Source: Octopus vulgaris (Eukaryota). From it: 64,000 nucleotides of DNA. Below the pieces are notes generated by a model that was given only the letters and a program-made list of their open reading frames with translations, was not told where the DNA came from and ran no database searches. Both the position numbers and the translations under genes were made by a program. Shown one piece after another: positions 63,189 to 64,000 of the stretch (position 1 is the stretch's first letter; each line of letters opens with the position of its first letter). The stretch covers positions 15,810,001-15,874,000 of the forward strand of contig OX597828.1 in assembly GCA_951406725.2 (NCBI GenBank). Reading direction: 5' to 3'.

Positions 63189-63711
63189 GCTTGAGGAGAC
63201 CTGTTGAGTCAAGTGCATGTACATGAACATCGAACCAAATATCAATGGAAACAGTAGTTGTGATACCTGTGCCGGTGACACATAAAAAGCACCATCCGAA
63301 CGTGGCCGTTGCCAGTGCAGCCTCCACTGGCTTCAGCACCATCTGAACGTGACCGATGCCAACCCTGCCTCGAATGGCTTCTATGCCGGTGGCACATAAA
63401 AAGCACCATCCAAACGAGGCTGATGCCAGCACTGCCTTGACTGGCTTCTGTGCCAGTAGCACAAAAAAAAAAGCACCAACCGATCGTGGCCGATGCCAGA
63501 CCCCTCTGGCACCTGTGCAGGTGGCACGTAAAAAGCACCCACTACACTCGCGGAGTGGTTGGCGTTAGGAAGGGCATCCAGCTGTAGAAACACTGCCAGA
63601 TCAGACTGGAGCCTGGGGCAGCCCCTGGCTCCCCAGACCCCGGTCGAACTGTCCAACCCGTGCTAGCGCAGAAAACGGACGTTAAACGATGATGATGATG
63701 ATGATGATGAT
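63189..63711 (+). mobile_element. repeat family C with internal gtggcac-aaaaagcacc sub-repeats and (GAT)n tail, representative copy
   Basis: ggttggcgttaggaagggcatccagc...gttaaacgatgatgat. Other copies near 5581-5840, 7030-7330, 7781-8000, 21163-21520, 22738-23090, 32236-32481, 32925-33392, 40027-40340, 54690-54966, 60091-60330. Confidence 0.88.
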
Positions 63712-63714
63712 ATA

Positions 63715-63745
<31 letters not shown>

Positions 63746-64000
63746 GTACATACCTACATATATATATGTATATATACATGCATATATGGGTACAGGACAT
63801 AAAAAAGTGTAGAGGAAATGAGAACATAGAAAACGAACTTTTTCGAACAATGAAAATAAAAGAGAAATGAGACATGTAACATAAAGAACATTCCCTTCGT
63901 CAGTTGTCCCTTGTTCTTTTATGAAGTTTCCATCTACCAAATTCACCCGCAAGGCTTTTGTTGGCTTGTAGCTACTGCAGAGAACCCTTTCCCAATGTGC

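Noticed and set aside
63260-63545. Regularly spaced gtggcac-aaaaagcacc repeats resembling a CRISPR array
   Set aside because: Internal sub-repeats of family C; spacers resemble each other; eukaryotic context with no cas genes

Overview
AT-rich, microsatellite- and transposon-dense animal genomic DNA. The repeat families look like those I recall from Octopus genomes (inference, not verified). The window is dominated by one + strand gene, an SFMBT1/2-type Polycomb-associated protein (Scm-like with four MBT domains). I traced 13 GT-AG coding exons with consistent phases from 19380 to 59423 (3108 nt, 1036 aa). They encode a long low-complexity/acidic N-terminal extension, four MBT repeats, a SLED domain and a basic region. 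The expected SAM-domain end lies beyond the window. Introns are filled with tRNA-derived SINEs, RTE and CR1-type LINE fragments, TTAA (piggyBac-like) MITEs, Helitron-like elements and an 8-bp-TSD MITE. The most unusual signal is a set of minimal type I hammerhead-ribozyme-like motifs from at least three unrelated short repeat families, all sense to the gene. One family couples the motif to a tRNA-like Pol III head. Other notable items: a decayed intronic copy of part of exon 1, a uORF whose stop overlaps the main ATG, an intra-gene duplication recording empty versus filled insertion sites, and several long inverted repeats. Repeat boundaries are approximate and were read by eye.
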